64,000 nucleotides of DNA from Squalus acanthias. Its lineage: Eukaryota. The translations under genes and the position numbers were made by a program. Location of the stretch: contig CM059432.1 of the NCBI GenBank assembly GCA_030390025.1, positions 83,206,001-83,270,000 on the forward strand, written 5' to 3'. Below are positions 26,274-37,665 of this stretch, one piece after another. Under the pieces are notes generated by a model. That model saw nothing but the letters and a program-made list of their open reading frames with translations, was not told the DNA's origin and made no database searches. Each line of letters starts with the position of its first letter. Positions within the stretch are counted from its first letter, which is position 1.

Positions 26274-28992
26274 ATTACCACCAATCCCATGAATCCTAAT
26301 TTTGTGTAATAACCTCTTGTGTGGCACCTTATAGAATGCTTTTTGAAAATCCAAATACACTACATCCACTGGTTCTCCCTTATCCATCCTACTAGTTACA
26401 TCTTCAGAAAACTGTAACAGATTTGTCAAGCATGAATTCCCTTTCATAAAACCATGTTGACTCTGCCTAATCATATTACGATTTTCTAAGTGCCTTGTTA
26501 CCACGTCCCTAATAATAGATTCTAGCATTTTGCCATCTACTGATGTCAGGCTAACTGGCCTATAGTTCCCTGTTTTTTTCTTCCTTCTTTCTTAAATAGC
26601 AGAGTTATGTTTGCTACCTTCCAATCCTTGGGGACTGTTATAGAATCTAGGGAATTTTGGAAGATTACTACCAGTGCATCCACTATCTCTGCAGCTACCT
26701 CTTTTAAAGCCCTAGGATGCAGGTCGTCCGGTCCAGGGGATTTGTCGCCACTTAGTCCCAATAATTTCTCCAGTGCTATGTCTTTACTTATACTGATTTC
26801 TTTAAGTTCCTCATTCTCTTGAGACCCTTGGTTCCCCATTATTTCCAGAATATTTTTTGTGTCTTCTACCATGAAGACAGATACAAAGTATTTGTTTAAT
26901 GTCTCTGCCATTTCCTTATTGCCCATTTAAATTTCTCCTGTCTCTGCCTCTAAAGGGCCCACCTTTACTTTCACCAATGTCTTCCTATTTACATACCTAT
27001 AGAAACGTTTACAATCTGTTTTTATGTCTCTTGCTAATTTACTCTCATATTCTTTTTTCTTTTTCCTTATCAATTTCTTGGTCCTCCTTTGTTGAGTTCT
27101 AAAATCCATCCAATCCTTAGGCTTGCTACCCTTTTTGGCAACATTATAAGCCTCTTCCTTTGATCTAATACTATCTTTAACTTCTCTTGTTAGCCACAGT
27201 TGGACGACTTTTCCTGTGGGGTTTTTGTGCCTTTAAGGAATGTAGATTTGTTGTAAATTATGTATTAATTCTTTAAATGCTAGCCATCGCTTCTCTACCG
27301 TCATACTTTTTAATGTAGTTTCCCAATCTACCTTAGTCAACTTGCCCCTCATACCTACGTAGTTTGCTTTGTTTAGATTTAAGACCCTAGTTTCGGATTT
27401 AACTAAATCGCTTTCAATCTCAATACAAAATTCTATATTATGGTCACTCTTCCCTAAAGGCCCCTTTACTACAAGGTTATTAATTAACCCTTTCTCGTTG
27501 CACAATACTCGATCTAAAATAGCCTGTTCCCTAGTTGGTTCCTCAACATACTGATCTAGAAAACTATTTTGTATACATTCCATGAACTCGACCTCCACAT
27601 TATTACTGCAAATTTGGTTTGCCCAGTCTATATGTAGATTAAAGTCCCCCATATTACTGTATTACCCTTGTTACATGTGCCTCTAATTTCCTAATTTATA
27701 CTCTGCCCTACATTACAACTACTGTTTGGGGGCCTATAAACAACTCCCACCAATGTCTGCCCCTTGATGTTTCTTAGCTCCACCCAAACTGATTCTACTT
27801 CTTGATTTTCCGAGCCAAGATCCTTTCTCTCTACTGTCTTTATCCCATCCTTTTATCAGGGCTACCCCTCCTCCTTTTCCATTTTGCCTGTCTCTTCTAA
27901 AAGTTAAGTATCCTGGAATATTTAGTTCCCAACCTTGGTCACTTTGTAACTACGTCTCCGTAATGGCTATTAGAACAAACCTATTAATTTCTAACTGCGC
28001 TATTAATTCATCTATTTTGTTGTGAATGCTTTGCGCATTCAGATATAGTGCCTTTAGCTTTGACTTATTTCTATTTTTCCCTGATGTCATCTTAGTCACT
28101 GATGCCTTATTACCTTTGTTACTCGCTCTGTCCCTTCCTGACCCACTCTGGTTATTTTTACCCAAAACTCTACTCTGCTCTAGAGCCTTGACATTTCTCT
28201 CACTGCTTTTAAATTTACTCTTTCCTGAATGCTCCCACCCCCCCCTTCATTAGCTTAAAGCCCTGTCTACTGCCCTAGTTATTCGATTCCGGCCCGATTT
28301 AAGTGGAGCCCGTCCCAACGGAACAGCTCCCTCTTTCCCCATTACTGGTGCCAGTGGCCCATGAAGCGAAACTCCTGCCTCCCACACCACTCTTTCAGCC
28401 ATGCATTAAACCTTCTAATCTGCGTCTCCCTATGCGAATTGGCATGTGGCTCAGGTAACAATCCAGAGATTATTACCTTTCAGGTTCTGCTTTTTAATAT
28501 GGACCCCAACTCCTCAAACTCTCTCAGTAGAACTTCATTCCTAGTTCTACCTATGTCGTTGGTTCCTACGTGGACCACGACAACTGGAACCTCCTCTTCC
28601 CACTCCAAGTTCTTCTCCAGCTGCAAGGAGATGTCCTTAACCCTGGCACCGGGCAGGCAACGCAGCCTTCGGTACTCCCTGTCGCAGCTGCAGAGAACAG
28701 TATCTATCCCCCTGACTAGGAAGTGCTTCCTGACAGTTGTCCTTAACTTCACTTTTACCAGTTTGTACATATGACCCATTATCCTACAATTATGGTTTAA
28801 CTTATAAATAGTGTTTTGGATTCACCTTTGCTATTCTACTTAGTTTCTTGCATACCTCTATAAGGTCCCCTCTCACTTGTCTCCTTTAAAGGCTGAAAAA
28901 TCTGAGTTTTTCTAACCTTTTCTCATAATTCAGTCCTCTGACATTATGGATGAGCCTCGTGGCCTTTGTTTGCATTGTTTCCACGACTTCTT

Positions 28993-29903
28993 GGGCTGGA
29001 TTTTGCCAATGGGGAGCTTTTGGAGGCGGGATTCCCACTTGTCGGGTTTCAGTCCCGCCTCATCAACTTCTGTCCAACCCACGCTAGTTTCCCTTGATTG
29101 ACCTTGTTAAGCCCGCCCAGTGGGCTTAGTAGGCCAATTAAGAGAAAGCCGGTTACAGAGAACGTCAACGTATGACGTTTCATCTGTCAAAAATTTTTGA
29201 CAGATGAATTGTCATCGTTTGACAGCTCTGTGAAGCGGTCAAACACTGACAGCTCTGTGAAGCTGTCAAACACTGACAGCTCTGTGAAGCTGTCAAACAC
29301 TGACAGCTCTGTGAAGCTGTCAAACACTGACATTCTCTGTAGTTTGATGAGTTCTTGAATTCAAGACCTCATCAAACCTCTTTCTTTTGCAGAAATTAGA
29401 TGGTTGTTGCATTGGAGAATGCAACGGCTATCTGTCATCTCTGCCACGGAGGTGCGAGACTCTCCGCATACCCACCGATTGAAGCCTGCAGGAAGAAACA
29501 AAGGTAAGTACACTTTTTCTAAGACTTTCCACTTACCTCAGATACTCACCTCTCCACACTTGCACTCATCACTTACCTCCACAGCACACTTTTGGACTCC
29601 TCCGACCCCCGCAGACCCACTACTCGCCTCGGTGACCCTGGCGGGTTTTGGAGCCTTTGGGACGCCCGCACTTGTGTGGGCAAAATGGTGATAATCCTAT
29701 TTTCTGCCTGTTAACTATCTGTTAACAGGCAGTTAAGTGGCTGTAATCCCTTCCTGCCTTCAAGGAGACGGGACCTGGCGCAGGACGGCTACCTGCCTCC
29801 TGGCAAGATGGCATGGAGGCGGGTTGGGGGGGGTTGGGCATTTCCCCAAATTCTGCCATTTTCCCGGCAGTCCCGCCTCCCCAGGGCTGGCAAAATCCAG
29901 CCC
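28993..29903. mobile_element. Harbinger-type MITE
   Basis: Perfect 16-bp TIR GGGCTGGATTTTGCCA; TSD CTT. Confidence 0.85.
29220..29332. repeat. 4.2 x 27-bp tandem repeat of a hairpin unit TGACAGCTCTGTGAAGCTGTCAAACAC
   Basis: Units start at 29220, 29247, 29274 and 29301; each has TGACAGC...GCTGTCA arms (one substitution in unit 1). Confidence 0.95.
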
Positions 29904-30797
29904 CTTGTTTCTCTTGTGCCTTGAATGTAGTACTCCGGTGAGACCCGGTCAGAGCACTATACAGCTTCAGCATAACTCTCAAACTTGCATTAACTGTTTT
30001 GATATTCTGATATATTTGATAACAGCTTTGTATTCTGTTTGCTTTATTGATTGATTCGAATATCACTCCAAGTCTCCCCTACTTAGTTCAACGCTAGCTG
30101 GGGGAGTAGTGAGTGAATGTGTCCTCCATTTTTTCATTCAGCATGTAACATCTTCCAACTATATTGCATTTTATCTGCTATAATTCTGCCCATTTGCAAA
30201 TTTTGTTTCAGTCCTAGAGTTTCTTGACTTCTCTCTTCCCCATACTCTCCCATTTAGTATCATCTGCAACTCACATTTAATTTTTGAATTCAGATTGTTT
30301 ATGTAGATTAGAAACAGTCGGGATTCCAGCACTGGTAACCAGCACATCATTCCCCTACTCATTAGTTCCATGCAGCCAGTTCCTTATCCACCACCAAGAT
30401 TTACAAAAAATATCCACTCCCTTAAGCTTGTATAGCAGAATTTCATCATGAGCTTTCTGGAATTCTAAGTAGAAATACAGCATAAAGCTTTCTGAAGTCC
30501 ATTTAGAATGTTGCTTTCTGAAAAATATCAAGGAGATTTATCACACAGGATCTCCTTCTCTGAAATCGTGTTGACTCCAGTTTACTAAATTATGTTCTTG
30601 CAGACAATGTTCAGATTTGTTCCTAATGAATAATTTCAGTAGTTTGCCAGTTATTGATGTAAGATTACATCCTCTAATGTGCAGTGTGGCACTACCACCA
30701 TGCTAAAGGTCACAGAATTTTCAAAAAACATCCGATAAGGTGCCACACAAGAGGTTATTACACAAAATTAGGGCTCATGGGATTGGGGGTAATATAT

Positions 30798-31360
30798 CTT
30801 GATTCCCCAAAGCCTTTCCACCATCTACGAGGCACAAGTAAGGAGTGTGATGGAATACTCTCCACTTGCCTGGATGAGTGCAGCTCCAACAACACTCAAG
30901 AAGCTCAACACCATCCAGGACAAAGCCTACTTATTGGTACCCCATCCACCACCTTAAACATTCACTCCCTCCACCACTGGTGCACCGTAGCTGCAGTGTG
31001 TACCATCTACAAGATGCACTGCAGCAACTCACCAAGGCTTTTTCGACAGCATCTCCCAAACCTGCGATCTCTACACCTAGAAGGACAAGGGCAGCAGGCA
31101 CTTGGGAACACCATCACCTCCAAGTTCCCCTCCAAGTCACACACCATCCTGACTTGGAAATATATCGCCGTTCCTCCATCGTCGCTGGGTCAAAATCCTG
31201 GAACTCCCTCCCCACCAGCCATATGGGAGTACCATCACTACACAGACTGCAGCGGTTCAGGAAGGCGGCTCACCACCACCTTCTCAAGGGCAATTAGGGA
31301 TGGGCAATAAATGCTGGCCTTGCCAGTGACGCCCAGATCCCAGAAATGAATTTAAAAAAA
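30798..31360 (+). mobile_element. same LINE family as 1129-1871, inserted in a CR1
   Basis: High similarity to 1129-1690 (reverse complement); A-rich end. Confidence 0.85.
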
Positions 31361-32098
31361 TCAGCATGGATTGAGGATTGGTTAATGGACAGAAAACAGA
31401 GAGTAGTAATAAACGGGTAATTTTTGGGTTGGCAGGCTGTAACTAGTGGGGTACCGCAAGGATCAGTGCTTGGGCTCAGCTATTCACAATCTATATCAAT
31501 GACTTAGATGAGGAGACCGAGTTTAATGTATCCATGTTTGCTGATGATACAAAGTTAGGTGGGAAAGTAAGCTACGCGGAGGATGCAAAGAGGCTGCAAA
31601 GGGATATAGACAGGTTAAGTGAGTGGGCAAGAACATGGCAGATGGAATATAATGTGGAGAAGTGCGAAGTTATCCACTTTGGTAGGAAAATTAGAAAGGC
31701 AGAATATTTTTTGAATGGTGAGAGACTGGGAAATGTTGGTATTCAGAGGGACCTGGTGTCCTTGCACACAAGTCACAGAAAGTTAACATGCAGGTACAGC
31801 AAGCAATTATGAAAGCAAATGGTATACTAGCCTTTATTACAAAGCGATTGGAATATAAGAGTAAAGAAGTCTTACCTACAATTTTATAGGGCCTTGGTGA
31901 GACCATGGCTGGAATACTGTGTACAGATTTGGTCTCCTTCCCTAATGAAGGATATACTTCCCTTGGATGGAGTGCAACAAAGGTTCATCAGATTGATTCC
32001 TGGGATGGGGGAATTGTCCTATGAGGAGAGACTGAGTAGACTAGGTCTATATTCCCTAGAGTTTAGAAGAATGAGAGGTGGTCTCATCGAAACATATA

Positions 32099-34368
32099 GG
32101 CCTAGAAATTGGATGCTTTAAGGCCGGTTTTGTAGAAGAAATGGCTGCTGCCATTGACAGCGAAGGCTTCTCAAATTGAAATCAGCAGATTGTGACGTCA
32201 ATCAACGTGCAACGCCTGATTTGATGCCATGACTGCTAATTTGGACGTTCTCGCTCTCCATTACGCTATGTCCTGAATACGCATAGAAAAGCATGCGAAA
32301 CGCAGCCCTGCAGAGACACTGTCAGTGCTTCTTAAAGGGACACACACACCTTTCAGGTAAGTTTGGATTTCAGCTTTTGGACTGTTATTTTTTATACTTT
32401 ATTGAAGTAGTGGCTTGGTGCAATAGAGGTTAAAAGTTTTTGGAGTACAGGAGGTGCTGCTGGATGCTTGCAAGGCTTCGGATTGTGAAGGAAAGCCTCT
32501 GAGAAGACAGAAAATGCTGGAAATACTCAGCAAGTCAGGCAGCATCTGTGGAGAGAGAAACAGAGTTAATGTCTCAGGTCGAGATGCTGCCTGACCTGCT
32601 GAGTATTTCCAGCATTTTCAGCTTTTATTTCAGATTTCCAGCATCTGCAGTATTTGGCCTCTGAGAAGACCACTTGCTCACAGTCCTCGGGGGCACATGG
32701 AGATGAAGCAGAGGCAGCAAAGGAGACAAGCTGCTCTCAGAGGGACGAGGAAGAAGTAGGAGGAAGATGCAGAAGAGGAAGCAGAAGAGGAGGGAGCAGA
32801 AGATGAAGACGCAGAAGAGGGAGAAGCAGAAGGAAGGATGCAACCCAGACAGTCCATTTCTGACTGCGATATCCAGGATGGATTCATCCGCTTGCGGTAC
32901 CAGTGAACACACCCCCAATTCCCCTTTCAACATTTGTCCCACACCTTACCTTCCCTCTGTTACTGACCATCACAGCATCCTCTTGGCCACAATGCTGAAA
33001 TAAAAGCCACCACAAAGCAAACTTTCCAATCCAGCTTTATACATCTATCCATCCAATATGACATCAAGAAATCAACTCATCAACAATATGCATTCCGTTA
33101 GTGACTGTCTTGTGTGTGGCTTTGCCTATCTTAGTGATGTAACGCAGTGCTACCCCAGTGGCTGCAGCATGGCTGGTGGAAGGCTGCTGACTTTCAGTGG
33201 GGGACACTGCAGATGGCCTTGCAGGACGACCTTGAGGAGCTGCTGGCTGGGAGTGTCAAATCGAGTTTCTTCTTCTTCTTCTTCACTCTCCTCCTCCTCT
33301 TCTTGGTGAACCATTGGCTGGGCAGGCTGGATTTCTTGGGTGTCTGAAATGAGGAAGGCACAAGGGTAGGGTTGTGGTGAGGGGAATGTGGGAAAGCAAG
33401 AGCTGCACGCTTACAAGGGATGTAAGAAGGACGATAACTTATGAGGATACCATCATCCTGTATCCTTTTAGCCCCGCCATTGGCCAAGGGCTCAGCCATA
33501 CCCTTGCCAAGAATGGCCAGCACTGTTTCCTCCAAGGGGGTGAGCTGAAGCTAGGAATGTGAGGCGTGCCTCGTGTTTGGTACAGATTGTTGGTAGATGA
33601 GTGATGGTTGCGGGGGGGGTGAGGTGGGGAGGTGTCGTGCAATGAACAGTGTGTGAGGCTAGTGGTGCAGTTGGTAGGAAACAGCTTTTGAACCTTCACT
33701 GACCTTGACCACTGGTCTTAGGTCATGAAACTTCTTTGGGCACTGGAGCCAGGTGGTGGGGGCAACACTGCTGGCAGTGATGGCTTTGGTGATCTGGTCC
33801 TATATCGTTCTTTCTGGGCCCCTGTGGGTCGAGGGCCTGTCTTGCAATGTTGACCCCCTGCACAAAGCTGGAGTGCTGCGATGAGACCCTGGGTGCCCCA
33901 CCTGGCTTGTTGAGTCATTAATGCTAGCGCTGAAGCACGTTTACCATTTTTTTTATGTGCAGGAGGCAGTTCAGCTTTAAGAGCTAAAGACTACCATTTT
34001 GGAATTATTTGTATTTTTTTTCAGTAAGCAGTTGAGCTCTAAGGGTAAACACTGCCTATTTTTAAATTATTTTTATTTATTTCATTTTAGAAGGCAGTTC
34101 CCCTTTAACAGCTCAACACTGCTTTCTAAAATGACAGGCTAGCTTTAAGACAATGCTGCCTCGCTCCAGGGATGCTACGGCCACGCTACATTGGGCCTCC
34201 TGCTGAGACTTCCGCCTGAAACAGCGTGTTACGCAGTAGGTTTTGCATTCGGATCATTTAAGTCAGTAGGCAGCACCAAAATACTGCCTGCGCTCTTTTT
34301 GAGGGTGGCCGTTAACCTCGGCCCATGGAGGCACTGGCCGTTTCCGGGCCTAATCAAATTTCTAGGCC
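32099..34368. mobile_element. internally deleted PIF/Harbinger DNA transposon
   Basis: TIR GGCCTAGAAATT(G/T)GA; TSD ATA. Plus strand has an acidic transposase-like C-terminus (EEDAEEE...GFIRLRYQ*, stop 32904-32906). Minus strand has Myb/SANT-ORF-like remnants (KKFHDLRPVVK about 33705-33737; LTPLEETVLAILG about 33505-33545). Confidence 0.75.
32509..32656. mobile_element. miniature non-autonomous PLE (inverted arms + tail), 14-bp TSD
   Basis: Same family as 4233-4471, with the centre missing; TSD GCCTCTGAGAAGAC at 32495-32508 and 32657-32670. Confidence 0.82.
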
Positions 34369-34611
34369 ATAAAATTCTTAAAGGGCTTGACAGGGTAGAT
34401 GCTGAGAGGTTGTTTATAGAACTAGGGATCTCAGTCTCAGAATAAGGGGTCGGCCATTTAGGACTGAGATGAGGAGTAATTTCTTCACTCAAAGGGTTGT
34501 GAATCTTTGGAATTCTCTACCCCAGAGAGCTGTGGATGCTCTGTTGTTGAGTATATTCAAAAATGAGAAGTCGCACAACACCAGGTTATAGTCCAACAGA
34601 TTTATTTAATT

Positions 34612-34650
34612 TTACAAGCTTTCGAAGCAGTTCGCTCCTTCGTCAGGTAA
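34612..34650 (-). ncRNA. minimal type I hammerhead ribozyme motif (inverted copy)
   Basis: Exact reverse complement of 37627-37665. Confidence 0.7.
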
Positions 34651-35461
34651 GTTAGCAATGAGAGAATCTCCCAGAATTCACAATTTAAACCCAGACAAAA
34701 TCTATTCACATTATTCCCTGCAACAAGGAGCACAGTCAAGACAATGAGATGTGTCCCAGGGGGTCCAACGTGTCAAACCACCTGCTGGCTGCATATCCTG
34801 TCAATTTGTGTTCTTGTGTTAGCCTTTTTAAAAAAAAAAAACACCTGGGAAGACCGGCCATGATGTCAAGTCACGTTCTGTATCGTGACATGAACCCGAT
34901 ATCGCGATTGAGGCCATCCTCATGAGTGCGGAACTTGGCTATCAGTTTCTGCTCTATGATTTTGCGCTGTCGTGTATCTCGAAGGCCGCCTTGGAGAACG
35001 CTTACCCGCAGATCCGAGGCTGAATGCCCCTGGCTGCTGAAGTGTTCCCCGACTGGGAGGCAACCCTCCTGCCTGGCGATTGTTGCGCGGTGTCCGTTCA
35101 TACGTTGTCTCAGTGTCTGCATGGTCTCGCCGATGTACCATGCTCTGGAGCATCCTTTACTGCAACGTATCAGGTAGACAACGTTGGCCGAGTCACATGA
35201 GTATGTACCGTGTACCTGGTGGGTAGTGTCCTCACGTGTAATGATGGTATCTGTGTCCATGATTTGGCATGTCTTGCAGAGGTTGCCGTGGCAGGGTTGT
35301 GTGGTGTCTTGGTTGCTGTTCTCCTGAAAGATGGGTAATCTGCTGCGAACGATGGTACTTTTGAGGTTAGGCGGCTGCTTGAAGGCGAGTAGTGGAGGCG
35401 TGGGGATGGCCTTAGCAAGGTGTTCGTCGTCATCGATGACATGTTGAAGGCTGCGAAGAAC

Positions 35462-37408
35462 CCTAAGCTTGACATGTATGCTCAAGCTGTCAGGAAATGC
35501 ATCAACGCCAGATTCATCAGCCGTACTCACAAGACAGTCCAGAATGTCACCCGAGCACAACGCAACGCCATCCACGCACTCAAGACCAACCGCAACATCG
35601 TCATCAAACCAGCGGACAAAGGAGGAGCCATCGTCATACAGAACAGAACGGACTATTGCAAAGAAGCATGCCGACAACTGGACAACCAGGAACACTACAG
35701 ACAGCTACCCGCAGATCCGACCAAAGAACACACCCGCCAACTCAATAGACTGATCAAGACCTTCGATCCAGACCTTCAAAACATCCTACGCGCTCTCATC
35801 CCACGTACTCCCCGCGTAGGAGACTTTTACTGCCTCCCAAAGATACACAAAGCCAACACACCCGGACGTCCTATCGTATCAGGCAACGGAACCCTGTGTG
35901 AGAACCTCTCTGGGTACGTCGAGGGCATCCTGAAACCCATCGTACAGGGAACCCCCAGCTTCTGTCGCAACACTACAGACTTCTTGCAGAAACTCAGCAC
36001 CCATGGACCAGTTGAACCAGGAACACTCCTCGTCACAATGGACGTATCGGCACTCTACACCAATATCCCCCACAATGACGGCATCGCTGCGACAGCCTCA
36101 GTACTCAACACCAACAACAGCCAATCTCCGGACGCCATCTTACAACTCATCCGCTTCATCCTTGACCACAATGTCTTCACCTTCGACAACCATTTTTTCA
36201 CCCAAACACACGGAACAGCCATGGGGACCAAATTCGCACCCCAATACGCCAACATCTTCATGCACAAGTTCGAGCAAGACTTCTTCGCTGCACAGGACCT
36301 CCAACCAACGCTGTACACCAGATACATCGACGACATCTTCTTCCTTTGGACCCACGGCGAAGGATCACTGAAAGGACTACACGATAGCATCAACAGGTTC
36401 CATCCCACCATCAAACTCACCATGGACTACTCCTCAGAATCGGTTTCATTCTTGGACACACGAATCTCCATCAAAGACGGACGCCTCAGCACTTCACTCT
36501 ACCGCAAGCCCACGGACAACCTCACGATGCTCCACTTCTCCAGCTTCCACCCTAACCACGTTAAAGAAGCCATCCCCTATGGACAAGCCCTGCGAATACA
36601 CAGGATCTGCTCAGACGAGGAGGAACGCGATGGACACCTACGGACACTGAAAGACGCTCTCGTAAGAACGGGATATGACGCTCGACTCGTCGATCAACAG
36701 TTCCGACGGGCCACAGCGAAAAACCGCATAGACCTCCTCAGAAGACGAACACGGGACACAACCAACAGAGTACCCTACGTCGTCCAGTACTTCCCCGGAG
36801 CGGAAAAACTACGCCATGTTCTTCGCAGCCTTCAACATGTCATCGATGACGACGAACACCTTGCTAAGGCCATCCCCACGCCTCCACTACTCGCCTTCAA
36901 GCAGCCGCCTAACCTCAAAAGTACCATCGTTCGCAGCAGATTACCCATCTTTCAGGAGAACAGCAACCAAGACACCACACAACCCTGCCACGGCAACCTC
37001 TGCAAGACATGCCAAATCATGGACACAGATACCATCATTACACGTGAGGACACTACCCACCAGGTACACGGTACATACTCATGTGACTCGGCCAACGTTG
37101 TCTACCTGATACGTTGCAGTAAAGGATGCTTCAGAGCATGGTACATCGGCGAGACCATGCAGACACTGAGACAACGTATGAACGGACACCGCGCAACAAT
37201 CGCCAGGCAGGAGGGTTGCCTCCCAGTCGGGGAACACTTCAGCAGCCAGGGGCATTCAGCCTCGGATCTGCGGGTAAGCGTTCTCCAAGGCGGCCTTCGA
37301 GATACACGACAGCGCAAAATCATAGAGCAGAAACTGATAGCCAAGTTCCGCACTCATGAGGATGGCCTCAATCGCGATATCGGGTTCATGTCACGATACA
37401 GAACGTGA
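35462..37408 (+). CDS. PLE polyprotein: reverse transcriptase + GIY-YIG endonuclease (N-terminally truncated, uninterrupted)
   Basis: IKPADKGG, GRPIVSG, TMDVSALYTNIP, GTAMGTKFAPQYANIFM, YIDDIFFLW, Cys linker CHGNLCKTC, and VVYLIRC...WYIGET...R...H...E...GLN. The first 14 codons of the ORF-track entry (35420) come from the inverted arm. Confidence 0.93.
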   Translation, partial: PKLDMYAQAVRKCINARFISRTHKTVQNVTRAQRNAIHALKTNRNIVIKPADKGGAIVIQNRTDYCKEACRQLDNQEHYRQLPADPTKEHTRQLNRLIKTFDPDLQNILRALIPRTPRVGDFYCLPKIHKANTPGRPIVSGNGTLCENLSGYVEGILKPIVQGTPSFCRNTTDFLQKLSTHGPVEPGTLLVTMDVSALYTNIPHNDGIAATASVLNTNNSQSPDAILQLIRFILDHNVFTFDNHFFTQTHGTAMGTKFAPQYANIFMHKFEQDFFAAQDLQPTLYTRYIDDIFFLWTHGEGSLKGLHDSINRFHPTIKLTMDYSSESVSFLDTRISIKDGRLSTSLYRKPTDNLTMLHFSSFHPNHVKEAIPYGQALRIHRICSDEEERDGHLRTLKDALVRTGYDARLVDQQFRRATAKNRIDLLRRRTRDTTNRVPYVVQYFPGAEKLRHVLRSLQHVIDDDEHLAKAIPTPPLLAFKQPPNLKSTIVRSRLPIFQENSNQDTTQPCHGNLCKTCQIMDTDTIITREDTTHQVHGTYSCDSANVVYLIRCSKGCFRAWYIGETMQTLRQRMNGHRATIARQEGCLPVGEHFSSQGHSASDLRVSVLQGGLRDTRQRKIIEQKLIAKFRTHEDGLNRDIGFMSRYRT

Positions 37409-37626
37409 CTTGACATCATGGCCGGTCTTCCCAGGTGTTTTTTTTTTAAAAAGGCTAACACAAGAACACAAATTGACAGGATATGCAGCCAGCAGGTGGT
37501 TTGACACGTTGGACCCCCTGGGACACATCTCATTGTCTTGACTGTGCTCCTTGTTGCAGGGAATAATGTGAATAGATTTTGTCTGGGTTTAAATTGTGAA
37601 TTCTGGGAGATTCTCTCATTGCTAAC

Positions 37627-37665
37627 TTACCTGACGAAGGAGCGAACTGCTTCGAAAGCTTGTAA
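37627..37665 (+). ncRNA. minimal type I hammerhead ribozyme motif (PLE pLTR)
   Basis: TTAC CTGACGA A GGAGC-gaact-GCTTC GAAA GC TT GTAA: stem I TTAC/GTAA, CUGANGA and GAAA cores, 5-bp stem II, palindromic AAGCTT in place of stem III. Confidence 0.7.

Larger units (their letters stand above)
23620..28717 (-). mobile_element. long CR1 including ORF1 SGNH-esterase remnant, APE endonuclease and RT; interrupted by a solo LTR and a MITE
   Basis: ORF1 LPGARVKD...VVHVGTNDIG (28480-28715); EN LYLNAQSI, AITET, GDFN, SDHN; RT FADDTKL. Confidence 0.93.

Noticed and set aside
29220..29332. CRISPR-like palindromic repeats
   Set aside because: Head-to-tail units with no unique spacers, inside a eukaryotic MITE, and no cas genes.
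35462..37408. Selenoprotein-type (Naiad) PLE or domesticated gene
   Set aside because: No in-frame TGA; 5'-truncated with TSD and pLTR, so best read as a recent insertion.
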